Shown here one piece after another: positions 11,020 to 24,989 of a stretch of DNA of 64,000 bases (position 1 is its first letter; every line of letters begins with the position of its first letter). Origin of the DNA: Heterodontus francisci (Eukaryota); the NCBI RefSeq assembly GCF_036365525.1, contig NC_090389.1, positions 38,066,973-38,130,972 on the forward strand. Reading direction: 5' to 3'. The notes below the pieces were generated by a model. It ran no database searches. It was given only the letters and a program-made list of their open reading frames with translations, and had not been told where the DNA came from. A program made the position numbers and the translations under genes.

Positions 11020-11345
11020 CAGAGGTGTTTTCTTTTGGATGAGTTTGTTAAATCAAGGCAGTCTCTGCCCTCTCAGGCAGATGTTAAAGAACCCATGCCA
11101 CTATCTTGGAGAGGAAAGAGAAGCTCAGGAGTTCTCCCCAATGTTCTGACCAATATTTATCCCTCAACTAACATGAAAAAAAATCTGATATCGCATTGCT
11201 GTTTGTGGGACCTTTCTGTGCATAAGTTGACTATCAAGCTTTCTGTTTTACAACAGTGACTATAATTCAAAAGTACTTCATTGGCGGTAAAGTGCTTTGG
11301 GACTCCCTGAGGTTGTGAAAGGTGCTATATGAATGCAGGTCGGTC
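11020..11345 (+). mobile_element. Deu-domain SINE (SacSINE1/AmnSINE-like) remnant
   Basis: CCAATATTTATCCCTCAAC...ATTGCTGTTTGTGGGA...ACAACAGTGACT...AAAGTGCTTTGGGAC...GTTGTGAAAGGTGCTATA; second copy at ~54430. Confidence 0.7.
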
Positions 11346-11982
11346 TTCTTTACTTTCTGTAGTGATATTGGTAGATTGGCGGTGGTGGAAGAGTGCCAGT
11401 ATGAACTTGGAGAGTTAGAGGAGGACACTGTGTCTCTGCTAATTGGGTGGAGGCTTGGAGAGGAAACAATGCTTGGCTAAGTGAGTCCAGACAGGGTAGA
11501 GTGCCTCTGTAAATGGAGCAGGGAGGTTCTTGCCGTTGCGAGAATAGTTGTTGTTATTTCAAGGAAGTGATGGTTGGGTGATATGTTGAAAACCCAACTA
11601 TTACTTTGTTTTCCATTTTCTTTAAAAGCCTAGAAATCTATGAGTTGTGAAACAGAAGATTTAAACATTGGCAATAATATGTCATTGTAATAACATTCAA
11701 ATTTCTTTGGGGCAATATATCTCTGTACCTTTAAGAGATGACTAGCAATTTGTTAGGGAGGTGGTGGGGTGGGAGAAGCAGGTTAAGATTTGGAAGGAAC
11801 ATGCACAGCTCTTGTTAGTTTTTATAGGTTGGCTTGTTGGCATTTTATTGCACAAATATCACTGCCTTTACGTTAAATTTTTCTGAAATCTGCATAAGAA
11901 TTCCGTTGGAATATTGCAAACTAAAAATGCCAGAAGAGATTTTTATGCTCCATGAATACAAATATAAATGAAGGATGACTGT

Positions 11983-12210
11983 CATAGAATCACAGAAATA
12001 TACAGCATGGATGGAGGCCTTTTGACCCATCATGTCTGTGCTGGCTGACAAGTAGCCATCCAGTCGAATCCCACTTTCCAGCCCTTGGTCCATAGCCTTG
12101 TAGGCCACGGCTCTTCAAGTACATATCCATGTACTTTTTATATGTTATGAGGGTTTTGGCCTATAGCCCCTTTCAGGCAGTGAATTCCAGATCCCCACCA
12201 TCCTCTGTCA
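11983..12210 (-). mobile_element. CR1 3' tail fragment
   Basis: Similar to the tail at 1504-1720 (CATAGAATCACAGAAATATACAGC...GGCC...CCCATCATG). Confidence 0.75.
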
Positions 12211-14429
12211 ACTAGTGCTTCTAAATATTTTAACTATTATTGTATTAGTATGTAAATCCCTGGGGGAATGTTTTACATCTCAAGTAAGGACCTGGAATTT
12301 AATGGTTGGAAACTGAAGAATCACAGGATAATTAAGTATGACTTTCTTGTTTCCAGGAAGCCTGTATAGTCACCCTAGGCGTGACCCTCATTCCTATTCT
12401 TCAGGAAACAATAAATATGAACCACAATAGGGTTCTTTCAAATACATCTGTAAGGAAATGAGTCTAGTAACTCTGAAGTTTATACCAATTTTGGCAGCAT
12501 TCTGTCAAACACGATTGAGTGTAACACACCCCTGGCTACACAGTGCAAATCAGAGGAAGTTAATGATGCAGCAGGCTCAAGTATTCTTTGCAGTTTGGAT
12601 AGTTGTGTCTTTAAGGTGAAAAGAACAAAAGCTGGTCCTAATACACATAGAATGATACTGTGTGGAATTGAGTGAACGGCAGGAATCGCAAACACCGGGA
12701 TAAAAGGCATAAAGCAGCAATTTACATTCCTACGGTGCTGACTGGAAAGGGTTACCCTTAACTGGAGAAGCTCATTGCTTTGTAGTATACAAAAAATACT
12801 GAGTTAAAGTCTGCTTTTTTTTATTTATACTCTTTGTTTAAATACCAGGCAGGATTGAGAAGTCAATTTAGCTAAACCCTGTGGTGTAGGTTGTGAGCAG
12901 GACATGTTCAAACCCTTTCATTCCCCCTGCCTCAGCACCAATCCCATCCCTTTATTCCACGTCAAATCAGGAGTCTGCTTTGTTATTAAATTCAAGTCCT
13001 TATCCACTTGGCCACCTATTTATCTACAGGGAAGTAATCACTGCTTACATTATAGTTAGATTTGTGTTCTTTTCTTTTTTTTTCAAATGTTCCCTTTTGT
13101 ATTCATTCTATAGATATTAGGCTACCTCCCAGGCATCTTTTAGCTTGGAATGCATTTTCTACTTTTTTCTCCCCCTTCGAGAAGATAACGTTATCCTGCT
13201 ATGTTTTATTTTTGATGCAATTGCAAAGGTGGCAGTTGTGCTGCTGACAGTTATGCTGCAGTGCTGCTCTGCAGTGAGTAATGAGCAGGGGCTGCACAGA
13301 TAAATAACCATAAACCTCTTCACATCACTGATTGCAGCTTGTTTAATCCAATGTGGCTGAGTGAGTTTCACATGAAGGCTGCAGTGCAGGTGTGGCACAC
13401 AGCTGCCAATGGCGATTTCTGATTTTAGTTTGCACACTGTTACTGCTAATAGGGATCAATGCACAAGGCTTTAACTAATTAATCCATTGAGGAGCATTTA
13501 CTGCACTAAGTTTACATAATATATTGCCAGCATTTGCTACAATACTGAAGTTTATATTTGAGAAAAAAAAGCCTGCAGTCTGGCTGGCATTAAACTTGTT
13601 CGGACTGAAGGATGTTTTTAATCACTAAAAAATAGCCACATTTTCGATCATGTACTCTATTGCTTCTTAATTAATATCTATCAGACAAAATGGAGTGGGA
13701 TACAATAGGATACAAGAATGAAGAACAAAGGATGAATGCAGTGAACGTTTCCGTGTTGATGGGGCATTCAGATGCTGTAAGCTTGAGTTATTTGTGGCGG
13801 TGGTCTGATTCTAGACTAAATAACAATCTGTAGGCTGAATATTTCACCATAGAAATGTCTGGTTAGTTCAAGAGCATCTTTCTCATTCATTTCTCATTTG
13901 ATTGTTGCTGGTACTCGTACTAAATCATACAGAAAGTTTTTTGACAGTGAAATTGCTTTTCATAAGTAAATATTTTAGAAATAATTTCCATCATTAACAT
14001 AACCAGCACAATGTTTGCTACACAAAAGCTGTTTTCTTACTTCAGTTCCACTCTGTGATTAACTAGACAATGGGATAATTCATGCTCTGTGTATGAAATG
14101 CTCTTATGCCATGTTTACACTGCACAAGTTTAGTGTCGGTTTAATGCTGAAGCCACTTCACACTGTTGCTAAAAGTGGAGTACAAATTAAGTGTGGAGGC
14201 TAGAGTTACCAACGCTGATGGAACATATTCCTGGAAGTTTTATCACATGACCTCTTGCCTCCAATGCCCCAAACCACACTCTCGCCCATTTCTCAATTGG
14301 ATAATTTTAACTGTCAGTCAAACAGCCTATTCTCCCATGCCCAATAATTTTATAACAATTAAACAAAGTATTAATATTATTTTTTAAAAACATAGTTTTT
14401 TTTATTGGTACTATGCTTTTTTTCCTGGA

Positions 14430-15876
14430 ATACTACAACACTGGAATCTACCCAGCAATGTGGAAAATCGCCCAGGTATGTTCTGTCCACAAAAAGCAGG
14501 ACAAATCCAATCCAGCCAATTACTGCTCCAACAGTCTACTCTCGATCATCAGCAAATGATGGAAGGGGTCATCGACAGTGCTATCAAGAAGCATTTACTC
14601 AGCAATAACCTGCTCACTGGCGCTCAGTTTGGGTTCCGCCAGGGCCACTCAGCTCCAAACCTCATGACAGCCTTGGGTCAAATATTGACAAAAGAGATGA
14701 ACTGAAGAAGAGGTGAGGTGAGAGTGACTGCCTTTGACATCAAGGCAGCATTTGACTCAGTGTGACATCAAGGAGCCCTAGCAAAACTGGAGTCAATGGA
14801 AATCGGGGGGAAAAGTCTCCCCTGTCATATGTAACGCAAAGGAAGATGGTTGTGGTTGTTGGAGGTCAATCATCTCAGTCCCAGGATATCATTGCAGGAG
14901 TTCCACAGGGTAGTGTCCTAGGCCCAACCATTTTCAGCTGCTTCATCAATGATCTTCCGTCCATCATACGGTCAGAAGTGCAGAAGTTCGCTGATAATTA
15001 CACAATGTTCAGCACCATTCACGACTCCTCAGATACTGAAGCAGCCTGTGTCCAGATGCAGCAAGACCTGGACAACTTTCAGGCTTGGGCTGACAAGTGG
15101 CAAGTAACATTCGTGCCTCACAAGTGCCAGGCAATGTCCATCTCAAACAAGAGAGAATCTAGCCATCCCCCCTTGATGTTCAATGGCATAATCATCACTG
15201 AATCCCCCACTATCAACATCCTGCCGGTTACCATTGACCAGAAACTGAACTAGACCAGCCACATAAATGCTGTGGCTACAAGAGCAGGTCAGAGGCTGGG
15301 AATTCTGCGGCGCGTAACTCACCTCCTGTCTCCCCAAAGCCTGTCCACCATCTACAAGGCAAAAGTTAGGAGTGTGATGGAATACTCTCCACTTGTCTGA
15401 ATGGGTGCAGCTCCAACAACACTCAAGAAGTTCGACACCATCCAGGACAAAGCAGCCCACTTGATTGGCATCCCATCCACCACCCTCTTCAACATTCACT
15501 CACTTCACCACTGACACACAGTAGCAGCAGTGTGTACCATATACAAGATGCACTGCAGCAACGCACCAAGGCTCCTTCGACAGCATCTTCTAAACCTGCG
15601 ACTTCGACCATCTAGAAGGAAAAGGGCAGCAGATGCATGGGAATACCACCAACTGCAAGTTTCCCTCCAAGCCACACTATACCGCTGTTCCTTCACTGTC
15701 GCTGTGTCAAACTCCTGGAACTCCCTTCCTAACAGCACTGTAGGTGTACCTACACCACATGGACTGCAGAGGTTCAAGAAGGCAGATTTCCACCACCTTC
15801 TCAAGGGCAATTAGGGATGGGCAATAAATTATGGCCTAGCCAGTGACACCCACATCCCATGAACGAATAAAAAAAA
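14430..15876 (+). mobile_element. 5'-truncated LINE (same family as 31206-34430): RT and 3' tail
   Basis: QFGFRQGHSA, AGVPQGSVLGPTIFSCFINDL, KFADN; tail ...CACATCCCATGAACGAATAAAAAAA. Confidence 0.9.
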
Positions 15877-16123
15877 TCCTTACAGCAGCGTCCTAGAGAT
15901 TAGTCTCCAGGACAATCCTGGAGGATTGACATCCCTTGTCCTGGTTCAAACTAACTCTGAAGTGAAGCAATGTGAGGTTATGACACTGACTCTAACTGAT
16001 TGAAGTGTTAGTGTGAAGTGAAACTGCTTTTCACATATGCTACAGTTACAGTGTATATGCACCCTAAATGTCTCACTCTCTGGACTGAGGAGGAATGACT
16101 CTCTTTTAGGCACCACTCCAGTG

Positions 16124-16542
16124 TAAAGGCCTGCTACCTGACCCGAACCTGACGGGACCCGACGATATGTGTCGGGTTCGGGTCGGGTCGCTCTTCCGGG
16201 TCTGGCCTTCGGGCTTGGGTTGGATCGGGCCAGGTTCGGGTCTGACACACACAGCAAGGTAAGTGTTAAAAGTTAAAAACTTACCTCAGCTGCGACTCTG
16301 GGACGCCAAACAAGGAAACTCCAAGTCTGCGCAGTGAGCGTCTCTATGACGTCATCACACTCATGCTGCAGCTTCCTGAAGATTGGGAGTCAGAAGGTAA
16401 GTAAAGGGAACATTGCGGTGGTCGGGTTGGGGCGGGTCGGGCTGGGGGGCAGATGGAGGGACTCAGGCCGGGTCGGGCTCGGGTCCGATGTGGTTTCGTC
16501 GGGTTCGGGTCGGGTTTTTTTTGTGACTCGAGTAGGCCTTTA
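16124..16542. mobile_element. hAT-type MITE (419 bp)
   Basis: TIRs TAAAGGCCTGCT / AGTAGGCCTTTA (11/12); perfect 8-bp TSD CTCCAGTG at 16116-16123 and 16543-16550; subterminal ACCCGA/TCGGGT repeats. Confidence 0.92.
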
Positions 16543-16689
16543 CTCCAGTGCACACCCAAGCAATAGGACTAAACTAAGTGAATTAGATAAATCAGAAAGA
16601 TTACAGTGTGCAATCAAACAGGCAATCCCTGGATCTGAAGAGGCATCACTGTGATAGTGCTTTGGTGTGAAGAGCCCTTAGATTCAACT

Positions 16690-18900
16690 CTGTAAGTCAT
16701 GGATTTGAACAGACAGCCTATTGATTATCCTAAGCAGCACTGACATTCAAAGATCCAGGCCTATGATTTGAACAGGCAGCTGAGATCGACAAAGGCTGCC
16801 CACTGATTATACCCCATAGCTCAAATACATGAACAAGCAGCCTCTCGCTCGCAACACAAAGTACCAAGGATATTCAAAATCGAAAAATGCTGGAAAAACG
16901 TATACCGTTAATACACTTCAAAAACATAAAGATGCGTTAGATTAATAATCAAAACATGTCTTTCACTTTCAGATGCTGTTTGGCCTGCTCTACATTGGCA
17001 GCATTTTCTGTTTTTATGTCTGAACATACAGGATGACTCCAGCTTTGAGCAATATCACATGGATTCAAAGAGGCAGCCATAAAATCCAAGTGGGTATCCC
17101 TGGGCTTCAAACAGACGGTCAGTGTATTATACTGTGTAGCCCTGACATTTGAATAGACAGCAATGCAATTCAAACAGGGAGGCCTATTGATCTGAGCAAC
17201 AGGCAGCTGGCGATTTGAACAGGCAGCCTGAGGTTTAAACAGGGAATTTATGGATTACACTACACAGCTCTGACATTTAAACAGGCAGCCCGTGGATTCA
17301 AAGAGATAGCCCTGGGATTCCAAAAGGCTACTACTGGATCACACTAAGCAACCTTGAGCAACTCTTGGGATTTATGCATGTATTCCTGTAATTTGAACAG
17401 ACAACCCATGAATTGCATTAGGCAGCTAACAGATTTTAACAGGCAGTCTGGAGATTTGAACATGTCACCTATGAAGTGCATTTATGCAGCACTGGCAATT
17501 GGATAGGTCAGCCTGATATTCAAAGCACCGCCCATTGATTATGCTATAAACCCTTTGGTAACAAGCAGGTAGCCTAAGGGTCACACTAGGCTAATCTAGG
17601 ATTCAAACAGACACTTTCTGGATTACTGAAGATTAGGCTGAGACTTGGCAACATCCCTGGGATTTAAAGTGGTTTCACTGGAATTTGAACAGACAACCAA
17701 TGGATCATACTTCTCAGTCCTCGCTTTGGAACAGGCAGACGCTGGAGTCAGACACAGATGGTCCATGAGGTTTGAACAGCATCAGGGAAATTTTAGGCGT
17801 GACATTTGTAGTCAGAAAGAGAGAGATTGATTGGAAACTGATTTAAAATGATGGAACTGTATTTATTAAAGAGACATAGATTAAAATAGGTCATATTTTA
17901 AACCAAAATGAGTGACAGTTGCCAGATCCAGAACAGACAGCTCTGCAATTGGAATGGACAGCTTACAGATTACACTACATAACACTACTTAGGGATATGA
18001 TCAGACAGTCCTGAGATTCAAATAGAATGGCCTTGGATTTTGATCAGACAGCCTGGAATTTCAAGTGGCCTCCCTGGGATTTGAACAGACAGCCTATGGA
18101 TTAAACAGGAATGTGTTTATTTTTAAGAAGCATAGATAAAAAGTTTTTTAAAGAAAGTGACATTTTTACTTCCATTAAGTTGGTGACTTTTGCTGGGTTA
18201 TGTTTCCCACTGAGTACATCGGCCACGTAATTGTTCTCCAGGTGGGAGTCCAGGCAGTGAGGGCACCTGGTTATTTGAGGGAATCATGGGACCCCAATCA
18301 ACATCCTCACATGTACTTTCCAGCAGTGACCGCTGGACAGAAATCAGGAGCAGGAACCAATTGTAGCACCCTTATCATGATCCCAGTTGAGATCAATTAA
18401 GTGAGCATCTGACCATGATCTTGAAACTTCTTTTTCTTACGTCTCAGTTGGCGCCTTTATCCACTCGGTCATTATTGACTAAAATGCTTTACTATGTTAA
18501 AGGTGCTATTTAAATTCAAGTTGTTGTTGAAAGAGTGAAGGAAGCAGATTCAATTAGTGACTTTCACAAAGGAATTTGGTATCAACTTGAAAAAGAAAGA
18601 AAATGCATAGCCATTGTAATGGGACTAAATAGATAGCTCTTTCAAAGAGCCAGCACAGGCACGGTGGGCTGAATGGCCTCCATCTGCACTGTATGATTCT
18701 AACTTGCAGAAATAACATCACCCAGATCTGGAACAGACACCTTTGGGATTTAAACAGATGGTTTATGATTTTAACACACAGTTCAGGAACTTGAAGAACA
18801 GCCCATGGATTCCACTGTACAGCCCTGGGATTTCAAAGGCTGTACATAAATTACACCCAGGGAGCCCAAGATTTGTACAGGCAGCTGAGAAATTACAATA
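16690..18900. repeat. Highly diverged tandem-like array of a ~20-bp motif (GGATTTGAACAGRCAGCC)
   Basis: Motif variants recur many times (e.g. 16701, 16765, 17212, 17391, 17682, 18077, 18869), interrupted by other fragments. Confidence 0.65.
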
Positions 18901-21055
18901 CTGTCAAGATTTGAATTTGTCACCACTTTTGTGGGATCAGAAGTCAAATGTTCTCGCATTTATATGACAGGATAACCTCAAAGATTCCCAAAGACTCATC
19001 CCTCAAATGGATGACACTATTGTTATTACATTTAGTAGATATATGGGCCCAGATTTTTCTTTCAGCGGCAAAGGAATGACGCTTGCCGTTCAGCGCGATT
19101 TCCTCCAATATGCATCTTTCCAGTGAGGTGTCTTTTATAGGGGATTTGTGGTGTCTGTGAACAGGATAAGCAACAGTGAGACTCTTCAAACAATCAGATT
19201 TCTGTATCCTTGCTGAGACACACAGAGTCCAAACCAAGAAGTTAAAGCAGGAAATATAAATTAGATTTAAGTGATGTATAAGAACATAAGAAGTAGGAGC
19301 AGGTGTAGATCATACACCCCACTGAGCCTGCTCTGGCATTCAATATGATCGTGGCTGATCTTCCACTCCACTTTCCCACCCACTTGCCATATCCCTTAAT
19401 TTCCCGAGAGACCAAACATCTGTCTATTTCAGCCTTAAATATATTTAACGATGGAGCATCCACAATCCTCTGGAGTAGAGAATTCCAAAGATTCACAACC
19501 CTTTGAGTAAAGAAATTTCTCCTCATTTCAGTCCTAAATGATTGTCCTGTTATCCTGAGACTGTGCCCCCATGTTTTAGATTCCCCAGCCAGCAGAAACA
19601 ACCTCTTAGTCTCTACCCTGTCATGCCCCTTCAGAATCTTGTATGTTTCAAAGAAATCACCTCTCATTCTTCTAAACTCCAGAGAATATAGCCCAATTTA
19701 CTCAGTCTCTCATCATAGGACAACCCTCTCATCCCAGGGACCAATCTAGTGAACCTTTGCTGTACAGTATATCCTTCCTTAAATATGGAGACCACAACTG
19801 TGCACAGTATTCCAGGTGTCATCTCACCAAAGCCCTGTACAATTGTAGCGAGACTTTTTTATTCTTGTACTCCAATCCCATTGTAATAAAGGCCAACATG
19901 CCATTTGCCTTCCTAATTGTTTTCTGTACCAGTATTCTAACTTTCTGTCTTCCTTGTACGAACACACCCAAGTCTCTCTGAACATTAACATTTACAACTT
20001 TCATGCCTTTAAAAAAAATTCTGCTCTTCTACTCGTATGACCAAAGTAAATAACTCCACACTTCTCCAAATTATACACCATCTGCCATCTTGCTGCCCAC
20101 TCACTTAACCTGTCTATATCTCTTTGTAGCCTCTTTGCGTCCTCCTCACAGCTTGCATTTTGATCTACCTTTGTATCATACAGCAAATTTAGATACATTA
20201 CTCTGTCTCTTCGCCTAAGTCATTAATATAGATTATAAATAGCTGAGAGCCCAGCACCGATCCTTGCGACACTCCACTAGTCCTGCCAACTTGAAAATGC
20301 CCCATTTATGCCTGCTCTTTGCTTCCTGTCTGTTAACCAATCCTCTATCCATGCTCATATATTAACCCCAACTCCATGAGCCCTTAACTTGCATATTAAC
20401 CTTTTGTGTGGCACATTATCAAATGCCTTCCCGAAATCCAAGTATACTACATCTACTGGTTCCCCTTTATCTACTCTACTAGTTACATCCTCAAAAAACT
20501 CTAATAAATTTGTCAAACATGATTTTCCTTTTGTAAAACCATGTTGACTTTGTTATTGTGCATTGTTAAGACTTCCTTGATAATAGATTCCAGCACTTTC
20601 CCAAAGACTGATGTCAGGCTAACTGGCCTGTAGTTCCCCGTTTTCTCTCTCTCTCCTTTCTTGAATAGCAGTGTTACATTTGCTAACTTCCAATCTGCTG
20701 GGACTGTTCCAGAATCCAGGGAATTTTGGAAAATCGTAGCCAGTGCATCCACTATCTCTGCAGCTATCTCTTTTCGAACCCGAGGATGTAGGCCATCAGG
20801 TCCTGGGAATTTGTTGGATTTTAGTCCCTTAAGTTTCTCCAACACTTTTCTCTATTGATATTTCCTTAATTTCTCTCTCTTTTTGCCCCTAGATTACCTC
20901 TATTTCTGGTAAGCAACTTATGTCTTCTGTTATGAAGACAGACACAAAATAATTGTTCAATGTCTCTGCCATTTCCTCATTCCCAATAATTTCACCTGTC
21001 TCTGCTTGTAAGGGATGAGTGTTTACTTTAGCTACTCTCTTCCTTTTTATATACT

Positions 21056-22030
21056 GTGACAGAAAACACACCTGTCAAATGGAAACATATTAATTTCGGC
21101 ATATGGAACACTATTTGAACATTTACTGGACATTGAACATAACTTGTTTAAAAGGACCACACAGCAGCGGCTGAAAACATGCCTGCACATTTGTATTCTG
21201 AGAGATAGTTGCCTGGAGAAACAATGGGAGTGCTTCCTGATGGGTTTTGTCAATAGTGATGAGCAAAAGACATTGAGAGTCATTGTCCATGTAAGAGCCA
21301 GCACTCTACCCTCCCCCCCCCCACTGAGTGTGTCGAGTAAACTTTGAAGAATCAACTATCCTCGCAGGAAATGCTGTGTCAAACAAAGAGCTGGTCACAT
21401 GACTAACCTGCTGGCCAACCTGGGAATTGATTGAATTGTGCATCACAGTAAGATTTTAGACAGACTGCAATTTTGAAGACCAAAGAGAAGCAAGGTCTCT
21501 CTTTCTCTCTCTTTCTCTCATGCAAAGTTCCAGGGACCCATAGAAGCAATTTAAGCCTCAAGACAGAAGACCCCTGCAGCCTCTGTTACCAGCAAAACAA
21601 GTTTGAAAGTGTGCACTGGGCCCCAACGAGAACTGCAAGACTTAACTCCAATCAAGACCTTTACATCTAAATCAAATCAGTAAATAAATTCCATCTACTT
21701 CTTCAAACCCTCCCCCCTTTAATTCTTTCTCCTCCTCTGTATCTATTTGTGTGTGCGTTTATCACGTATGCATGCTAGTATGGTTGCGTCACATATTTTT
21801 AGTAGTTTTAACTGAGTTAGAGTTTTAAGATTAATAAACTTACACCTTTCTTGTTTAAACCTGAGAAAGCCTATTTGATTGGTTCTTTTACAATTACAAT
21901 TAGAGAGCAGAGAGCAAGGACTCATTGAGGTGAAGATAAAAACACTATTTTAAAAGTTGAACCCTGTTACGGCCAAACCAGGAAAGGGGCGAGAAGGGTG
22001 CCTGAGACCCCTTCCTCACCCGGTCTTATA
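21056..22030 (+). mobile_element. Probable solo LTR nested in CR1
   Basis: Begins TGTGAC, AATAAA at ~21833, ends ...CCGGTCTTATA; interrupts otherwise contiguous CR1 sequence; TSD not resolved. Confidence 0.55.
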
Positions 22031-22279
22031 GAGCTTTGTTTAAGCTCTTACAATCTGTTTTAATATTGCTAGCTAGTTTACTCTTGTATTCTATTTTTTC
22101 CCTTTTTATTACCTTTTTGGTGGCCCTTTGCTGGTTTCTGAAACACTGCCAATCCTCAGACCTGCTACTATTCTTTACAACATTATAAGCTTCTTCTGTT
22201 AATCTAATAATATCCTTAACTTCTTGAGTAAGCCATGAATCGATCTTTTTTGCGGAGTTTTTATTTTCATTGGAATGTA

Positions 22280-22785
22280 CAGGTCCGATATCCAAAATTC
22301 AGCACCCTTGGGACCAAGACCATGCCGGATTCCAGATTTTCCTGGATTTTGGACACTAAACTGTCAAGATTAAGTTTCCCTAATCTTGCCTCTGAGTTCA
22401 TCCCCTTTTATACCTGGGATCATCCTCATTGTGGCTCGCTCCTCCAATGCATGAACATCCCTTTTGTAGTGTGTTACCAGAACTGCACACAGTACTCCAG
22501 TGGAGGTCTGACCAATACATTATACAGCCTCAGCTTAATCTCAACAGATTTATCATGTAGTGTGCTGGCTATGTAATCATTTTAGCTTTAGTCTTGCTTT
22601 AGTTAATCTTCATAAAAATAATGCCACATTTTATTCCTATTATAATAACCATTTCCTCAACAGAACAACATTTTTACATACTCTATGTAAAGTTTAAAAA
22701 TAAGAATTTATCTAAGCAAAATGGGTTTTGACAATTTTCAAAAATGTCCAGTTTTTGGATAGCTTGATTTTGGATATCGGACCTG
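22280..22785. mobile_element. Tc1/mariner-type MITE (506 bp) nested in CR1
   Basis: Perfect 19-bp TIR CAGGTCCGATATCCAAAAT with TA target duplication on both sides. Confidence 0.92.
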
Positions 22786-23643
22786 TATTTTTATTGAACA
22801 TTTTGAATTGTTTTTTCAAATGTCTCCCACTGTTTATTTACTGCATATCTTTTAGTCTACTGAATCAGTCTCAGCCAGCTCTCTCCTCATACCTGTGTAA
22901 TTGGCTTTGTTTAAGTTTAAGATTCTTGTTTGTGATTGGAGCATGTTGCTTTCATACTATGAGATTACTAATTAACCCTGCCTCATGACACAATACTAGA
23001 TCTGAAATAGCTTTATCCCTAGTTTGTTCCACAATGTGTTGCTAGAGGAAACTGTCATGAAAATATTCCACAAACTCATCTTCTAGACCACGCTTGCCAA
23101 TTTAGTTAGTCCAGTTTGCATCAAGATTAAAGTCCCCCATAATTATTATATTGCCTTTGTTATAAGCTCCAATAATTTCTTGTTTAATGCTCTGTCCAAT
23201 GGTATAACTCCTGTTCGGGGGCCAATTAACTACTCCCACCAGCAATTTCTGACTCTTGCTATTTCTAATCTCCACCCATACTGATTCTAATTCATCATCT
23301 TCTGAGCCAAGGTCCTTTCTCAATAATGCCCTATGTTATCCTTTACTATCAGGGCTACTCCTCTTCCTTTGCCATTCCATCTGTCTTTTTGAAATATTGT
23401 GTACCTTGGAATATTTGTTTCTCAACCTTGGTCACCTTATAACCATGTCTCTGTAATTGCAATTAGATCTAAACCATTCATTTCTATTTGTGCCGCTAGT
23501 TCATCTACCTTATTGCAGATGTTCTGCAAATTCAGATAAAGAACCATTAATTTCATTTTTTTTTTACTACTATTCCCTGCATGGACCTTACTCGCTGATG
23601 CACAATTACTGTTAATCTCTCTCTGCACAGAAACTGAAATATA

Positions 23644-24406
23644 GTCCAGCATTTTATGCCCCCACCTGCCCCAGGAGCGGGATAGAGGCAGGGGTTATAA
23701 AATTGAGTGGGAGGTGGGGGGGGAGCTGTTGGGTGGTGCAGTTCCCGTCGCCTACCCATCTCCGCTGCTATTTTAACTAGCCGTGAGGGAGGTGACAAAC
23801 AGCCCACCCACCCCAGGTCAATTGAGGCCCTTAAGTCACCAAGTAATTGGCACCTAAGGGCCTACTCCTGCCGCCATTGGTATTTTACCAGCGGCGGTGG
23901 GCATTTCTCCAGCTGGGGAGGCTGCCTGGTAACACTAGGCAGCATCCTTGTGCACTCGGAGAGGGGAGCCCTCCTGATCATGCACCCTGTTCCCCACAGA
24001 AGGAAGCCACCCCAGTGGCACAAGCCGACCCCGCTGGAGCACCTCTCCCCACTCTCTTGATCTACCCACACCCACCTCGCCAGGGCCCAGACGATTGTTC
24101 CTGGCAAGGCCCAAAACCCTACTTACCTTTTTCAGGGTTGGGATCCCTCTTGCTCCTCATGCTGGGTGCAGTCCCAACAGTGGCCACTGCTCCTAGTGGC
24201 ACTGCTGGGTCTGAAGAACTGCCTTCTGATTGACCAGCAGCTCTTGGAGGTGGGTCTTCCTGCTTCAGAAGGGCAGAAGTCTCAACCAAGGCCAATTAAG
24301 GGCCTGAGCCATGCAAAATCACTGCATGGGTTCCAGGCAGAGGAGGGCTCGGACCTGACTTTTTAGCCAGTGGTTAAGGCCTCCACTGCAATGTAAAACT
24401 CTGGCC
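23644..24406. mobile_element. Harbinger-type MITE
   Basis: Imperfect TIRs GTCCAGCATTTTAT / GTAAAACTCTGGCC; 3-bp TSD ATA; internal similarity to 51678-52209 and 26991-27751. Confidence 0.8.
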
Positions 24407-24989
24407 ATAGATTAGAAAATACAGATGGAATTAAGGGGGAGAGATAAAAGAGAGAGACAGAATAAATTTAAATATAAATTAGTCTTGGAGATTTAAAACT
24501 CTTCTGAGGGAATGGGACTGCACATTTATAATTTTTTCAGGGCCAGAGAGTTTGTTCAGCAGTAGTTATCACTTACCACTCCATTAAAATTCACCTACCC
24601 TTAAATGCACTATCAGTTTTAGTGGGGTTCTAGTGAGCAAATACATCAAGTTCACTTCATTGCAGTCTTTTCAATACTTACTCTATCAACGAGAACTGCA
24701 ACAGTGCACCCTGTGAAGGAGCAGGGTATCTCTGATAGAAACTTCTGGATTTCCACATTTAACTGTGCATGTACATACTCCAGAAGTTGCTGCCAGATTT
24801 CCTCCATTATATCTGTGAGCACTGATAGCCTCACCACTATTCTCATCTCATCTTGAAATATGGTGATTAAAAAGTAAACATACGTGTGCTATAGTAACAT
24901 AGCAGCTTTAACTACAGATTTGTGCATGCTAAGAAACAGCATCACCATTATCAATATTTACCCACTGATAATTTTTTATTAGGTTGCAT

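Larger units (their letters stand above)
19278..23625 (-). mobile_element. CR1 LINE ORF2 (endonuclease + RT) and tail, with nested insertions
   Basis: EN motifs VLYLNLQNICNKVDEL, IAITETWL, IMGDFN; PGPDGLHPR, GNYRPVSLTS; tail near 19278. Confidence 0.92.

Noticed and set aside
12480-12710. 76-aa minus-strand ORF in unique sequence
   Set aside because: No recognisable domain or clear splice signals; length compatible with chance.
16690-18900. CRISPR-like repeat-spacer array
   Set aside because: Eukaryotic context, repeats too divergent and irregularly spaced, no cas genes.
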